IMG/VR virus record: IMGVR_UViG_2061766007_000680
DNA length: 64,000 bases
Origin: an uncultured virus (IMG/VR IMGVR_UViG_2061766007_000680)
Lineage: Duplodnaviria > Heunggongvirae > Uroviricota > Caudoviricetes
Reading direction: 5' to 3' (one strand)
In this document: positions 35,093 to 46,287 of the stretch, one piece after another
Layout of the letters: each line of letters begins with the position of its first letter
How positions within the stretch are numbered: position 1 is the first letter of the stretch
Notes under the pieces: model-generated
Told to the model about the DNA's origin: nothing
Seen by the model: the letters and a program-made list of their open reading frames with translations, nothing else
Databases searched by the model: none
Translations under genes and position numbers: made by a program

Positions 35093-36220
35093 CTAAACAC
35101 CAATTAAATTCTGCTTATGCAAGGCAAAATCCCTGATGTTAATCGCTGCATTTACATCCCTATCATGGTGTTCACCACATTGTGGACATGTCCATTCACG
35201 TACCGATAAGGTTAATTCAGAGTTAATATACCCGCATTTACTACAGGTTTTGCTACTCGGTTCAAACCTGCCAACATAAACCACGTTTTTACCATACAAC
35301 TCCGCCTTGTATTCGAGTTGTCTAACGAATTCACTCCATGCCGCACTCTGTATTGAGTTAGCCAAGTGACGGTTTTTAAGCATACCTTCCACGTTTAGGT
35401 TCTCCAAACATATGGTATCGAATCTACGTACTAAATCCGTAGATAACTTATGCGTGAAATCACTACGCATGTAAGAAATTCTACGATGTAGTCTTGCGAG
35501 TTTAAGACGTAGTTTTTCATGGTTTTTAGAACCTTTTTTACTACGAGCGAACACCTTATTGAGATGTGCTAATTTCCTACTGTACTTCTCCAAGTATTTC
35601 GGATTACCGTATTTAGTACCGTCAGATAATATTGCGTAGTCCTTGATGCCGAGGTCAACGCCTACGGCCGTTTCCAAAACTATCTTGGTTTTCGATGGTT
35701 TTTGTTGCAGGTCATCGACTACTATTGTGCACCAATATTCTCCGCATTTATCACGGCTTACGGTTAATGTACCTATTTTACAAGATGCAAGGTCAAACGT
35801 TTTATTCATGCAGAGTTTAGTCCATCCGATTTTAGGTATTTTCACTTTCCAATTATCAAAATTGAAATGAACACATGTAATGAACTTCACGGAATCCTTG
35901 GATTTCTTTTTGCTTTTGAATTTAGGAAAACCTTTTTTCTCACGAAAGAACCGAACGAATGCCATATCGAGACAACGTAATGATTGCTGTAATGTTTCTG
36001 TTGGGCAGTTGCATAACCATGTGTACTCATTTTGTTTTTTCAAGTTGGTTAGTTCACGTGCGATTTCGATGTAGCTTACTGTTTTTTTATCTTGTTTATA
36101 GGTTTGTATTTTACGATCAAGTCCCCAATTATATATAAACCTAGCACACCCGAAAAATATATTCAGTTGTTTCTGTTGTTTTACAGTTGGTTTGAGTTTA
36201 TATTTATAGGATTTAATCAT
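35093..36220 (-). CDS. tnpB: IS200/IS605-family TnpB RNA-guided nuclease (no TnpA nearby)
   Basis: N-terminal HTH (GCARFIYN), RuvC-I GVDLG, RuvC-II ICLENL, zinc ribbon CSKCG/CPQCG, RuvC-III DRDVNAA. Confidence 0.93.
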   Translation of the reverse strand: MIKSYKYKLKPTVKQQKQLNIFFGCARFIYNWGLDRKIQTYKQDKKTVSYIEIARELTNLKKQNEYTWLCNCPTETLQQSLRCLDMAFVRFFREKKGFPKFKSKKKSKDSVKFITCVHFNFDNWKVKIPKIGWTKLCMNKTFDLASCKIGTLTVSRDKCGEYWCTIVVDDLQQKPSKTKIVLETAVGVDLGIKDYAILSDGTKYGNPKYLEKYSRKLAHLNKVFARSKKGSKNHEKLRLKLARLHRRISYMRSDFTHKLSTDLVRRFDTICLENLNVEGMLKNRHLANSIQSAAWSEFVRQLEYKAELYGKNVVYVGRFEPSSKTCSKCGYINSELTLSVREWTCPQCGEHHDRDVNAAINIRDFALHKQNLIGV

Positions 36221-36374
36221 GTCTTTTTCTTTTGTATTTTTATTTATAAATAGTTTTTAATACTGAAAAAAGATAATTTTAGTAAGAAAAAATAAGAAAA
36301 ATTTGTTTAATTGAAAAAATAGTTGTATATTTGCAGTGAACTTGAGTATTTATAGATAAAAATTCATAAGTAAT

Positions 36375-37142
36375 ATGGGAAATACAAATTACATGACGGT
36401 AGTACCACAAACTTTTGAAGAAAGAGTGGTTATGTACATGAAATGCAAGAAGGAAGACCTAGCAAGAATGTTAGCGGAAAGTGCTAAGTATATTAATCCA
36501 GATGGTTGTGCAGAATTACAGGATAAACAATCTGGAGACGAAGGTAGTACTTATGCATCGGCATCGTCGTTAGATTTAAAAGATGGAAAAATGGAGACTC
36601 TTCATGTCGACATGAAAAAGGGACACGTAGAAATTAGTGATACTGGGGCAATCAGTTTTATAGAAGATCATGAAAAAGAGGATTTATGGGAAGAAAGTTA
36701 TGATACTTCCATTGATTACACGCAGAAAAGACATGCTAGGATTAAATTATGGAAAGACGTATGTGATGAATATCTAGAAGCGTTTTGCAATAAACATGGT
36801 TATGAGTTATCTCAATTAGAAAAGATATATGTGTGGGTTGGTGATGACCCAGGAACAGTTGCAAATATTGGCGATTTATTTGTTGGCATGGATGATATCC
36901 GTTATGATATAGATCATAATGTGCCAGAAACATATTTTGAAAAATGGTATTGGAAGTCACTTGAGGTATATGAACTAACAAAGTGTCACTACATGAACTA
37001 TCAAAGTTATTGTATGGGCGCACCAGATAATTGGACAGAGGAAAGGTTACAAAAAGCACGAGACGCTCAGAAACGTCTTGATGAGGCCCAAAAAGCCTTT
37101 GACGAAGAGATGGAAAGACTTAAAAATGAGTCTAAATTCTAA
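36375..37142 (+). CDS. hypothetical protein
   Basis: 255 aa ORF after a TATATTTG promoter at 36326. Confidence 0.7.
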   Translation: MGNTNYMTVVPQTFEERVVMYMKCKKEDLARMLAESAKYINPDGCAELQDKQSGDEGSTYASASSLDLKDGKMETLHVDMKKGHVEISDTGAISFIEDHEKEDLWEESYDTSIDYTQKRHARIKLWKDVCDEYLEAFCNKHGYELSQLEKIYVWVGDDPGTVANIGDLFVGMDDIRYDIDHNVPETYFEKWYWKSLEVYELTKCHYMNYQSYCMGAPDNWTEERLQKARDAQKRLDEAQKAFDEEMERLKNESKF

Positions 37143-37170
37143 AAAAATGCTGCTTCGGTGGCATTTTTTT
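37143..37170 (+). terminator. intrinsic terminator
   Basis: AAAATGCTGC-TTCG-GTGGCATTTT. Confidence 0.75.
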
Positions 37171-37206
37171 CTCTAAAATTTGTATATTTGCTAAAAAGTT
37201 TTTAGT

Positions 37207-37404
37207 ATGAGCAAATATTATCAAATTAAAAAGGCACATTACACTCATGATTGTTGGGGTTCGCCAGAATTTTCTCACTATGAGAATTGGGGTGGTCCAT
37301 TTGACACACTAGAAGAAGCAATTCAAATGGTTCCAAATAGAGATTTTGAGATTTTCGAAATCGAAGAAACAATCAAGAAAACAAAGGTGTGGCCAAAATA
37401 TTAA
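37207..37404 (+). CDS. hypothetical protein
   Basis: 65 aa ORF after a promoter motif. Confidence 0.55.
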   Translation: MSKYYQIKKAHYTHDCWGSPEFSHYENWGGPFDTLEEAIQMVPNRDFEIFEIEETIKKTKVWPKY

Positions 37405-37415
37405 ATAATTAAGGT

Positions 37416-37868
37416 ATGAGTTCAAAAAGTATATGGTGGCCAGGTAATGTAGACATTACCTGTAGCGTAAATGATGTGATTGATCAAATTCCGACTTCGG
37501 AACTTGAAAATGCATTAGAGGAAAGAAAAGACCTTCAGAAAGAAGATTTAAAAGAATATGCAAGACAAGAAAGATACCGCACATCGGAAATAAATGTCAC
37601 TATTGATCCGAGTGACTACGATTTAGTGGATGAAGAAGATATTAATATTTCTGATTTTGAAGAACAACAAATAATTGACTACATAGAGGGGGCTGGTTAT
37701 TGTGTCTTTAAAAAAGGTGTTGTCAATACATCAAATATGGATGGCGTAAAACAATATCTCGATGAACTATCTAACTGGAAATTTAGAGATAGCATTTGCG
37801 ATTTACTTGGCTTATCACATTGTGCATCAAAAGATGACATAATTAACAATTTAAAAGAACGAATTTAA
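37416..37868 (+). CDS. hypothetical protein
   Basis: 150 aa ORF. Confidence 0.65.
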   Translation: MSSKSIWWPGNVDITCSVNDVIDQIPTSELENALEERKDLQKEDLKEYARQERYRTSEINVTIDPSDYDLVDEEDINISDFEEQQIIDYIEGAGYCVFKKGVVNTSNMDGVKQYLDELSNWKFRDSICDLLGLSHCASKDDIINNLKERI

Positions 37869-38048
37869 TGGATAACGAACTCTACGAATGGCTTATGGAA
37901 CAGTGGAGGCGGTGCAATATACCGAAATACAAACACATATTTGAACCGTGGGTTAGCAACCTAACGGATAGCCAGATCTATTATTTTAAGAAACAAAAAG
38001 AAAACATTGAGAATGGTTCTTTAACAAATTGGATAACCAGGAGATAAT

Positions 38049-38537
38049 ATGAATACACGTGAAACATATGTATCGCTCGAAGTGGCGAAGTTATTAAAGA
38101 AAGCAGGATTTGATTGGTATTGCCTATTACGATATTGGGCTGATACTGGTAAGACTGAATGGTTTGGAAATAGTATGATTGTTAATCCATACGGCGATGA
38201 TACTATTCCTTGTCCTACACTTTCCGTTGCACAGAAATGGCTGAGAGAAGTGAAGAATATTCATATTGTGACCAATTTTAAATATGATAAAGATATTGCA
38301 TATGATTCAACAGTTTACGAGTTAATTATTGACGATAATCCTGTGTTTTTCATGCCAGGATTAATGGAAAAGCCACTACATTTCTGCCCGAACAATGTGT
38401 ATTTCAGGGGGCACTCACTTGAATACAAAAATCCAGATGATGCTCTGTCTGATGCAATCCTATTGGCACTAAAGTATCTTACACTGGAGAAATCAGAATA
38501 TAGTGAATATTATACTAACTATTTAAAAGGTAAATAA
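38049..38537 (+). CDS. hypothetical phage protein
   Basis: YVSLEVAKLLKKAGF...PTLSVAQKWLRE. Confidence 0.7.
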   Translation: MNTRETYVSLEVAKLLKKAGFDWYCLLRYWADTGKTEWFGNSMIVNPYGDDTIPCPTLSVAQKWLREVKNIHIVTNFKYDKDIAYDSTVYELIIDDNPVFFMPGLMEKPLHFCPNNVYFRGHSLEYKNPDDALSDAILLALKYLTLEKSEYSEYYTNYLKGK

Positions 38538-38959
38538 TATGAAAAGTGATTTAGAATATCATTACAATTTTTTCAGAACACCACAAGAACTAATAGACTA
38601 TTTCAACGAGGCAGATAATGATAACGCTGAAATAGTGTCTATTTAATATATGGAAAAATATAAGGATTCTATTGCATTTTACATAATTGAACAATAATAT
38701 GTGGTTTGTATCATTAAAAAAATATAACAAACTAAAGCGTGAGAATAACGTACTAAAAGATGAATTAAAACACATAAGGCTACAAATGGGTGCGCTTGCT
38801 GTACTTTACCGAGACGAAATTGATACAAAACAAGAAAAATATGCAAGGAGGAAATGAGAGTTAGAAAAAAATGCCCTAATTCCCATTTTTTTTCTCGAAA
38901 ATTTTTATATTCAAAATAAAAGTATTACTTTTGCAGCAGAATTCAAAAAAAGTAATAAT

Positions 38960-39361
38960 ATGAGTAACATGATTATTGATTATCACAAACACGATTTTGT
39001 TGAGTACAATGGAAAAATTTGCGAGGTAATAGGTTCGTTAGACACATTTGGCCTTAACCTCATTGATGGTGATGGTAAAACATATGACGATGTATACTGT
39101 GGTGACGTTAATCCTATCCCTGTTACTGATGAGATCCTGAATAAACTTGGGTACAAATACGATAAGGATTTCTCGCAATCATGGACATGTCATAGTGATT
39201 TTAGTTTCACATCAGATTACTATCCCGTAGATAAAAAATTCACGTTACACTCATGTAGATTTGACTGTATATTACCGAACGCACTGTATATTCATCAGTT
39301 GCAGCATTGTTTGGAAATCGGACAGTTTTATTTCTTTATCTTGAGAGAACATTTAGAGTAA
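38960..39361 (+). CDS. hypothetical phage protein (paralog of 57707-58105)
   Basis: Shared PIP.T.EIL...G and Y.H.LQH motifs. Confidence 0.65.
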   Translation: MSNMIIDYHKHDFVEYNGKICEVIGSLDTFGLNLIDGDGKTYDDVYCGDVNPIPVTDEILNKLGYKYDKDFSQSWTCHSDFSFTSDYYPVDKKFTLHSCRFDCILPNALYIHQLQHCLEIGQFYFFILREHLE

Positions 39362-39379
39362 AATTAAAACATTAAAATT

Positions 39380-39859
39380 ATGACAATAGACGAAGTTAAA
39401 CAAAAGGCACACGAATATATCGACTCGAACTTAGCAAAAGACGAAAATTGGCTTGACGACCTAACTGATAGTTGGATTTATGACGCTGAAAGTTGGTTTT
39501 TGGATCAACTCGCAAAGGAAATGACTATCTATGAAGATGAGGTTGAGTTAGAATACACTAAAGAGGCTGAAGAATTGGTCCATGAGTTTTGGGGTGAGGT
39601 TCGAAAATATCACGATGAAGAATACGTCGAATTGTATGGCGTGCGCGATGCAACCTTTATCTTACACGGTCTTCTCTATGACCTACGAGAGAAATACGGT
39701 AACACAATCGAAAAAGTAGATGGATACCTACAAGGAAGTGGTGTTTCAAACTTTTATATCGATCGTGTAAAAAAGGCACTTTCAAATCTAACGCTTGAAA
39801 CTAACATGTTATTAAAAGAAGTTAAAGAAAAAAACAATTATGAAGAAGAAAATTTCTAA
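39380..39859 (+). CDS. hypothetical protein
   Basis: 159 aa acidic ORF. Confidence 0.65.
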   Translation: MTIDEVKQKAHEYIDSNLAKDENWLDDLTDSWIYDAESWFLDQLAKEMTIYEDEVELEYTKEAEELVHEFWGEVRKYHDEEYVELYGVRDATFILHGLLYDLREKYGNTIEKVDGYLQGSGVSNFYIDRVKKALSNLTLETNMLLKEVKEKNNYEEENF

Positions 39860-40064
39860 ACAAGAAGAAATCCGTGAGGATATGGAGTTTTACCTAAAAA
39901 AGGTTAAATCTCAAGAGAGTATGGACACATTCTGGGGTCCAAAAATGGATGAGTTGCTTATGCAATATCTTATCTATTTACAAAACCATCAGAATGAGAT
40001 AGGTGATGTGCTCAAAGCATACGCTTGGCACGCATTTAATAACGCTTTAAAACAGAGAGGATAA
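39840..40064 (+). CDS. hypothetical protein
   Basis: 74 aa ORF. Confidence 0.55.
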   Translation: MKKKISKQEEIREDMEFYLKKVKSQESMDTFWGPKMDELLMQYLIYLQNHQNEIGDVLKAYAWHAFNNALKQRG

Positions 40065-40335
40065 TATGGAAACAAAAGAAAAGAATAAACTTCTCTCTTT
40101 AATAGATAAAGTTGAGAATACAATGAGTGATTATGACAACGTAGTAGAAGAAGGTAGACGTAAGATGGGAGAAATTCGTAAACGTCAACTTAAAGAATTT
40201 GGTTGGGAGGAATAAGAATATGGATATACATACAGCAGGAAATAACATAATCTATCGCGATGATAGTAAAGATATTGGTACTCAATTTTATGAGGAGTAC
40301 AAAAAAAGAGTTAGAAATAAATAACAATTAATATT

Positions 40336-40560
40336 ATGGAGACATTTTTAGAAATTTTACAATTTATTTTTAGGTTTTTATTTGTAGCATGCATAACCAT
40401 TATTTCGTTAGGGTATCTTGGTTATATGGCATTAACCGTTACAGAGACCAACGCAAAGGTGACGGCAATTTATAACAATCTAGGATTGGACACCATACCG
40501 TCCGATAGTGTTAATCTCAATAGAGGGGATACAATCAATTTTAACGTAATTTTTAAATAA
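40336..40560 (+). CDS. small membrane protein
   Basis: N-terminal TM helix. Confidence 0.55.
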   Translation: METFLEILQFIFRFLFVACITIISLGYLGYMALTVTETNAKVTAIYNNLGLDTIPSDSVNLNRGDTINFNVIFK

Positions 40561-40662
40561 TAAAAGAATGGCATTGTATACCATTTTGTTAATTTTTCTT
40601 CCCCAAAATTTTTATATACCAAAAAAAAGCAGTACCTTTGCACCAGAATTAAAAATAATAAT

Positions 40663-41215
40663 TATGACAGTCATTTATGCAAATAGTGGAGACCAAGATA
40701 CATTAATTCTTCAACATATATGGGAAGGGTTAAATTGTCGGGTTATTGAGATTGGTATAGATACAATTGATTTTGAAGATGAAGTTGACAATGCTCTTAT
40801 GCAAGAAGAGCATACACTAATTATTTGTGGACATGGCACTTCACATGGATTACTTCATCCAAATTGGAATTCTGGGCAATATATTATACATGAAAATAAT
40901 GTGCACCTTATACATGCACAAAATATAATTTGTGCATGGTGTTGGGCATCTGATTTTGGAGAAACACATAATCTTCATGGATTCTTCACAGGAATGTTTA
41001 TTTCAAATGTTCAAGAGGCAGAAGATAATTTTATTCATGTTCATGATTATGATGAATTAGATGAGGAAATTCAATCATATGGTTTGTACTTTTCAAACTA
41101 TATAAATCAATGCCTACATAATAATGTACCATTAAATGAGTGGATTGGAGGTTTACAAGAACCTAGATCATATGTAGCAAATTTTAATCAAAGTAGATTA
41201 TCATATTTTGAATAA
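40663..41215 (+). CDS. hypothetical protein (possible caspase/hemoglobinase-like fold)
   Basis: Likely start MTVIY after the promoter at 40633; IICGHGT and CAWC could supply a His/Cys dyad (inference). Confidence 0.5.
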
Positions 41216-41277
41216 CTTCTATTTTTTAATTTAAATAAAAAGTATTATTTTTGCACAAGAATTAAAATTTAAACAAT

Positions 41278-42036
41278 ATGTCAGATAAACTTATTATGAA
41301 TCACACTGTGTTGTGTGCAAAAGGGTGGTATCGCCACTCCAAAAACCTGTGGCAAGACTACAAACGTACAATCTATTGTGATGGGAATTACATGCCAGAG
41401 ACGCGCAATGAGGTTGCCCAACTCTTGTACATGTTTATAATGAAACATAAGGAACTTCTTAAGGGGTTTGTACATGACGAGTCTGATATCCCACAAAGAA
41501 TCCGCGAATACATGGACCGCATCATATGGTGGGACAAAGACTACAAAAAGGAGACTTCCCCTCTTGCGTTATATGATGATGCTGTTATTCTTTTCTGCCA
41601 CGGTGTACTCCAGTGTGCTGAGGTAAAACTGTTTAAAAAGATTCTTGCACCGAGTGATAAGGTATTACCATTAAGCAAATGGGAAAACGAAACAAATGAG
41701 GATCGTGATAAACGATTTGCGGAATACTTCGATGGTAAGTTACCCTATGATGAGGATGACAAATACTCTAAAGACTATATAAAAGACTATTATAAGACAT
41801 TGGATGATTGTATTAAAAACGGTGAACTCATTTACCAAACAATAAACGAGTATACTCTTGCTGACCGAATGCCAAAAGAGGGTGAACGTATTCGGTTGGG
41901 ATATGATGGTCAGTTAATTTGTGTGACGAAAAGTTGGCTTGATCTATACAAAGATTTCACTGACGATGTAAAACGTAAATATGTTTATTTTATTAAAGAA
42001 GACGAAAAAATGAATGAAAAACAACTACACAATTGA
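41278..42036 (+). CDS. hypothetical protein
   Basis: 252 aa ORF after the promoter at 41246. Confidence 0.7.
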   Translation: MSDKLIMNHTVLCAKGWYRHSKNLWQDYKRTIYCDGNYMPETRNEVAQLLYMFIMKHKELLKGFVHDESDIPQRIREYMDRIIWWDKDYKKETSPLALYDDAVILFCHGVLQCAEVKLFKKILAPSDKVLPLSKWENETNEDRDKRFAEYFDGKLPYDEDDKYSKDYIKDYYKTLDDCIKNGELIYQTINEYTLADRMPKEGERIRLGYDGQLICVTKSWLDLYKDFTDDVKRKYVYFIKEDEKMNEKQLHN

Positions 42037-42082
42037 TTGTATGTGTAAAAAAATATTTGTATATTTATAAAAAACTAATGAT

Positions 42083-42328
42083 ATGAAATACCTTTGGAGC
42101 GCATTAAACACATGTTTCATCTTGTTACTTGTTATGTATCTTTTTATCACAAAGGATATTAACACTAAAGCATATGATGAATGCAAGAGGTTTGAAGAAA
42201 AAGTTGCTTTGCAAGATAAGATGATAGAGAATCTTACTGAAATTGCTACGCAAAAAGATACTATAGTGGTTAACATAAGAAATTACTCAATTAAAAACTA
42301 CACAAATAATAATAAAGATGAAGATTAA
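42083..42328 (+). CDS. small membrane-anchored protein
   Basis: N-terminal TM helix plus coiled coil. Confidence 0.55.
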   Translation: MKYLWSALNTCFILLLVMYLFITKDINTKAYDECKRFEEKVALQDKMIENLTEIATQKDTIVVNIRNYSIKNYTNNNKDED

Positions 42329-42608
42329 TAAGAATTTTTTTATTGCATTACTAGTTTTTGTGACAGTAATGTTATTAGTTGGCTTATTTAGCGGATGTAC
42401 ACCAACAAAGCAACAACCAGATGATGTTAAAGTTGAAAGAAAAGGTGAATATATTAATTATATGCCTGGTCAAGAGGCTATATGCATTATACATGTAGAA
42501 TATAATAAACATAAGTATATTTTATTTCATTCTCACAATCGTTTAGGTGTAGTTCATGACCCAGATTGTCCTTGTTGCAAGAAACAAGATAGTATGTTTA
42601 ATTGGTAA
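42318..42608 (+). CDS. putative lipoprotein
   Basis: Signal peptide with LFSGC lipobox; VVHDPDCPC. Confidence 0.65.
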   Translation: MKINKNFFIALLVFVTVMLLVGLFSGCTPTKQQPDDVKVERKGEYINYMPGQEAICIIHVEYNKHKYILFHSHNRLGVVHDPDCPCCKKQDSMFNW

Positions 42609-42845
42609 ATAACATTTTAATTTAAAAAGAAACAGATATGAGATTTGTATTAATGGTTGTATGGGCATTGCTCATAATTATGGCAATCTATTACGCGACA
42701 GTGATTGCACATTTATTCACGGGTATGTTCGGAAAGAACGTAGAATTTAAGAAAACATTGATTCCATTTTATGGATGGACAGTGTGGTTTAAGAAACTTT
42801 AATAAAAACAACAATTAACATTTTAACAACAATTTTTTAAAAATT

Positions 42846-44081
42846 ATGGCTTATTATCGTCAAGAAGAGGAGAATCGCACACTCCCAACTAAAAAAATTG
42901 TGCTTGCTTCCGTTATCGGTATTTTAGTAATTGTTTTCCTTTGCTGCATTGGCTCACTTGTTGAGGACGTAGACAATGAGGACATCGTTGTAAACCAAGT
43001 GCCTATTACTGGTACAATGGAGGTATGGAGTCAACCTGGTATGTATGCACAGAAGTTTGGACGCACAACTGAATATCATAAGACTGAACAACTTTGGTTT
43101 GGAGCACAAAAAAACGGCAATCCAATTCCAGTAACTTTCAACGACATGTCTAATGGTGAAATTTTTGGCTCATTGCGAGTTAAATTACCGAAGGATCGAG
43201 AACATATGCTTCGTATCCAAACAGATTATAACGGAAAGGATCGTCTTATGAATGATTTGGTACGCCCTACCGTAGAAAAAGTAGTCTACGCATCTGGCCC
43301 ACTTATGTCTGCATATGAGAGTGTATCCGAGAAAAAGAATAATTTGATTGAGTATATTACTGACCAGTTGAATAATGGTGTATATACTACAGCGGTTAAG
43401 ATTCAAGAAGTTACAGACCCTATTACTGGCGAAAAGAAACAACAAAAATTTGCAGTACTTATTGAGGACAGCACAGCTGCGGGTGGTTATCGCCGTTCTG
43501 AAAAATCTCCTTTTGAATACTATGGCATTGAGATTGGACAAGTATCAGTCCCAAAGATTGACTATGAAGATCGTGTAAAGAAACAGATTGAACAACAACA
43601 AGAGGCAAATATGTTAGTACAAACATCTAAGGCTAAGTCACTCGCAGCACAACAGGAAGCAATTCGCGCAGAGGAAGAAGGTAAAGCACAAGCAGCTAAG
43701 GCAAAGTGGGAACAAGAGAAAGTTAAGGCTGTAGAAGTCACAAAGGCTGAACAGGAGTATGAGGTTGCTCGTCTTGCCGCACTTAAGGCTAATGAGGAAA
43801 AGAAGAAAATCATCGCAGAGGGACAAGCACAAGCAGAGGCTAACCGCTTGAAAGTTGCTGCAGGTTTGACTCCTCAGGAAAGGATGGAGTATACTTACAA
43901 AATTGCCGTTGGTGTTGCAGAGAAAATGGCTAGCACACAAGTATCGTGGGTTCCTAGTGTAATGGTTGTTGATAGTAAAACATCAAATGCGAATGGCGGA
44001 AATCAAGCAATGGATGCAGTGGGTTTAAATATGTTTCTAGACATTGCTGATAGAATTGCTAAGGACGCAACAAGAAAATAA
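42846..44081 (+). CDS. SPFH/band-7 family membrane protein
   Basis: N-terminal TM, band-7 core (PVTFND, YYGIEI), Ala/Glu-rich coiled coil. Confidence 0.8.
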   Translation: MAYYRQEEENRTLPTKKIVLASVIGILVIVFLCCIGSLVEDVDNEDIVVNQVPITGTMEVWSQPGMYAQKFGRTTEYHKTEQLWFGAQKNGNPIPVTFNDMSNGEIFGSLRVKLPKDREHMLRIQTDYNGKDRLMNDLVRPTVEKVVYASGPLMSAYESVSEKKNNLIEYITDQLNNGVYTTAVKIQEVTDPITGEKKQQKFAVLIEDSTAAGGYRRSEKSPFEYYGIEIGQVSVPKIDYEDRVKKQIEQQQEANMLVQTSKAKSLAAQQEAIRAEEEGKAQAAKAKWEQEKVKAVEVTKAEQEYEVARLAALKANEEKKKIIAEGQAQAEANRLKVAAGLTPQERMEYTYKIAVGVAEKMASTQVSWVPSVMVVDSKTSNANGGNQAMDAVGLNMFLDIADRIAKDATRK

Positions 44082-44098
44082 AAAAAATAATGTTTTGT

Positions 44099-44257
44099 TT
44101 ATAAGCGAGCATTTATTTGCTCGCTTATTTTTTTACTTACGCTTTGGAAATCATTGTTTATATCATATTCCCATATTTGCAATAATATAATGCCCTTTTC
44201 ATTTGCTAATTTTAATTTGTACTTATCCTTATCCCAAATTTTAGAAATATAGTTCAT
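44099..44257 (-). pseudogene. remnant C-terminus of a Vsr/DUF559-like endonuclease
   Basis: MNYISKIWDKDKYKLKLANEKGIILLQIWEYD... resembles the C-terminal motif of such homing endonucleases. Confidence 0.5.
44100..44135 (+). terminator. intrinsic terminator
   Basis: ATAAGCGAGCA-TTTATT-TGCTCGCTTAT followed by a T run. Confidence 0.8.
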
Positions 44258-44601
44258 GATTCTTTTTAATTAAATTAAAATACACCCTACCATCTTTATC
44301 ACAACACGTAGTGTTTATAATATTAATTGCTTCATTATCTATCATAACAAAAATAAGGGATAAACTATGGTAACACGATGTGACGGTGTGTTACTAACAT
44401 AGTAAACCCATATTGGTTAATTATTATTTTGTATAACCTACTACGTCCGTCACTCCATCATAAGTTATTTTTATTTTCTATATATAAATGCTTTACAAAA
44501 GTCAAAAAATACTCTTTTTTGATCATTTTTTCTCCCCAAAATTTGTATATTTAACAAAATTTTTGTATCTTTGTAACAGATTTAAAAAAAATAAAAACAA
44601 C

Positions 44602-44880
44602 ATGGCAGTAAAAATAAAAGAATTAACAACTGAACAAAAGAAAAAGGCTGATAAAATTGTTGCCTTACTCGATGAACTACGTCAGGATAACGTTCATCCA
44701 TGCGTAATAGATGGTGGTGGTGGCAATGGTTTGTCTTTCATATGGTATAAAAAATCGGATGCTTATGAAATTGGTAACATACTTTTAGATGTGAACCATG
44801 AACAGTTCGATGAGTTGAATGACGCCATTTATAAACCAATAAAGTCTTCTCGTAACACAATTGATTATATAGTTCCTTAA
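44602..44880 (+). CDS. hypothetical protein
   Basis: Likely start MAVKIK after the promoter at 44566. Confidence 0.6.
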   Translation: MAVKIKELTTEQKKKADKIVALLDELRQDNVHPCVIDGGGGNGLSFIWYKKSDAYEIGNILLDVNHEQFDELNDAIYKPIKSSRNTIDYIVP

Positions 44881-45089
44881 TCTAAAAAAATCAGTAATTA
44901 TATGAAACGAATTTACGTAGTAATTGAGTTTAATAGTTTTGATGCAATTCCGCAAGGCGCATTTGAAACAGAAGATGCTGCTTATCAAGCAATGGAGCAA
45001 TGGAAATATGGCAAAACATCCAATTGGGTTGTTATGCCTTGTACGCTTCACAGTATGTAAAAAATAGAATATATCGATGTTGAAAGAAG

Positions 45090-45734
45090 ATGAATAAAGA
45101 TTTTCACAAAAATTTGGTTTTAGGAACACCTATTGTTTACGACCCAAAAGCATGTTTAGTTATGAAAGTAGAATCGGAACCGAAAAAGGAAATGAAGATT
45201 ACATTGAAAAATGCGTGGTTACATTTCAAAAAGATTTGTATTCACAAGTTTTGGGTGGCATATTACTGTTTCAAAGCAGGCTTATATTGGCAGGGTATCA
45301 CTCACGATTTATCTAAATTCTCTTGGACTGAGTTTTGGGAGTCTGTTAAATACTATCAGGGCACAAGTTCGCCAATTAACGCTGCCAAAGAAGATATGGG
45401 TTATTCCTTAGCATGGCAGCATCATAAAGGCCGTAATCCACATCATTATGAGTATTGGACCGATAAATATGATGACGGAACCGTGGCGCTGAAGATGCCA
45501 TATAAATATGCAGCAGAACTCATATGTGATTGGCTTGGAGCAGGAAGAGCGTATATGGGTGATAAATTCACTTTCAAAGGCGAATACGAATATGTGACGG
45601 ATAGATTGAAAATAGCAAAAATGCATGAAGATACCGCTAAATTTGTTGATATTATTTTTTACAGATTGATATATCTTGACACAGATTATGTATTAAGAAA
45701 AAAAGCATTAAAAAATACATACAAAATGTTATGA
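45090..45734 (+). CDS. DUF5662 family HD-like protein
   Basis: HKFWV, HDLSKFS, WQHHKGRNPHHYEYW, ELICDW. Confidence 0.85.
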   Translation: MNKDFHKNLVLGTPIVYDPKACLVMKVESEPKKEMKITLKNAWLHFKKICIHKFWVAYYCFKAGLYWQGITHDLSKFSWTEFWESVKYYQGTSSPINAAKEDMGYSLAWQHHKGRNPHHYEYWTDKYDDGTVALKMPYKYAAELICDWLGAGRAYMGDKFTFKGEYEYVTDRLKIAKMHEDTAKFVDIIFYRLIYLDTDYVLRKKALKNTYKML

Positions 45735-46287
45735 TTTCAGAGTATTGTAAAATATGCAAGTTGTTCGATACTTGCGAGAAAAATAAAACGTGTAGTTGCG
45801 AAGAATTCGTGACAGATGTCCAAATGAGAATAAAAAGGAGATAAACTATGGCAACATTTAAAATTATTGTAACGACAATTTTTATTTTAATAACAATTTT
45901 CTTATTGGTAGATACAGCATTTACAATTCTTGAAATTCATTATGCTATTAAGAAAAATATAAAGTATGAAAAACGAATTGGAAGTGAAATTTTCTTAATT
46001 TTGTTATGGGGTTTTTGTTTGGCAAGTTTGATGTTATTATAATACACAAAAAGATTATGCAACATAAGAACAAACGGAACGTTTGATCAAATTAGGTTTA
46101 CCTGTTTGCACTGCTAACAGTATTAGGAATAAAAAAAATAAAATAATGAAAACAATTAAAGAAATTTTAGGGTTTTTAACCCAATGTATTGGTTTAACAC
46201 TTTGCCTTCCAGGATATCTTTTACTCACATTCGGAGGATGGTTTGTAGATTTAGGTGAAACGTTAAGACTAAACGGAGAGGATTAAG

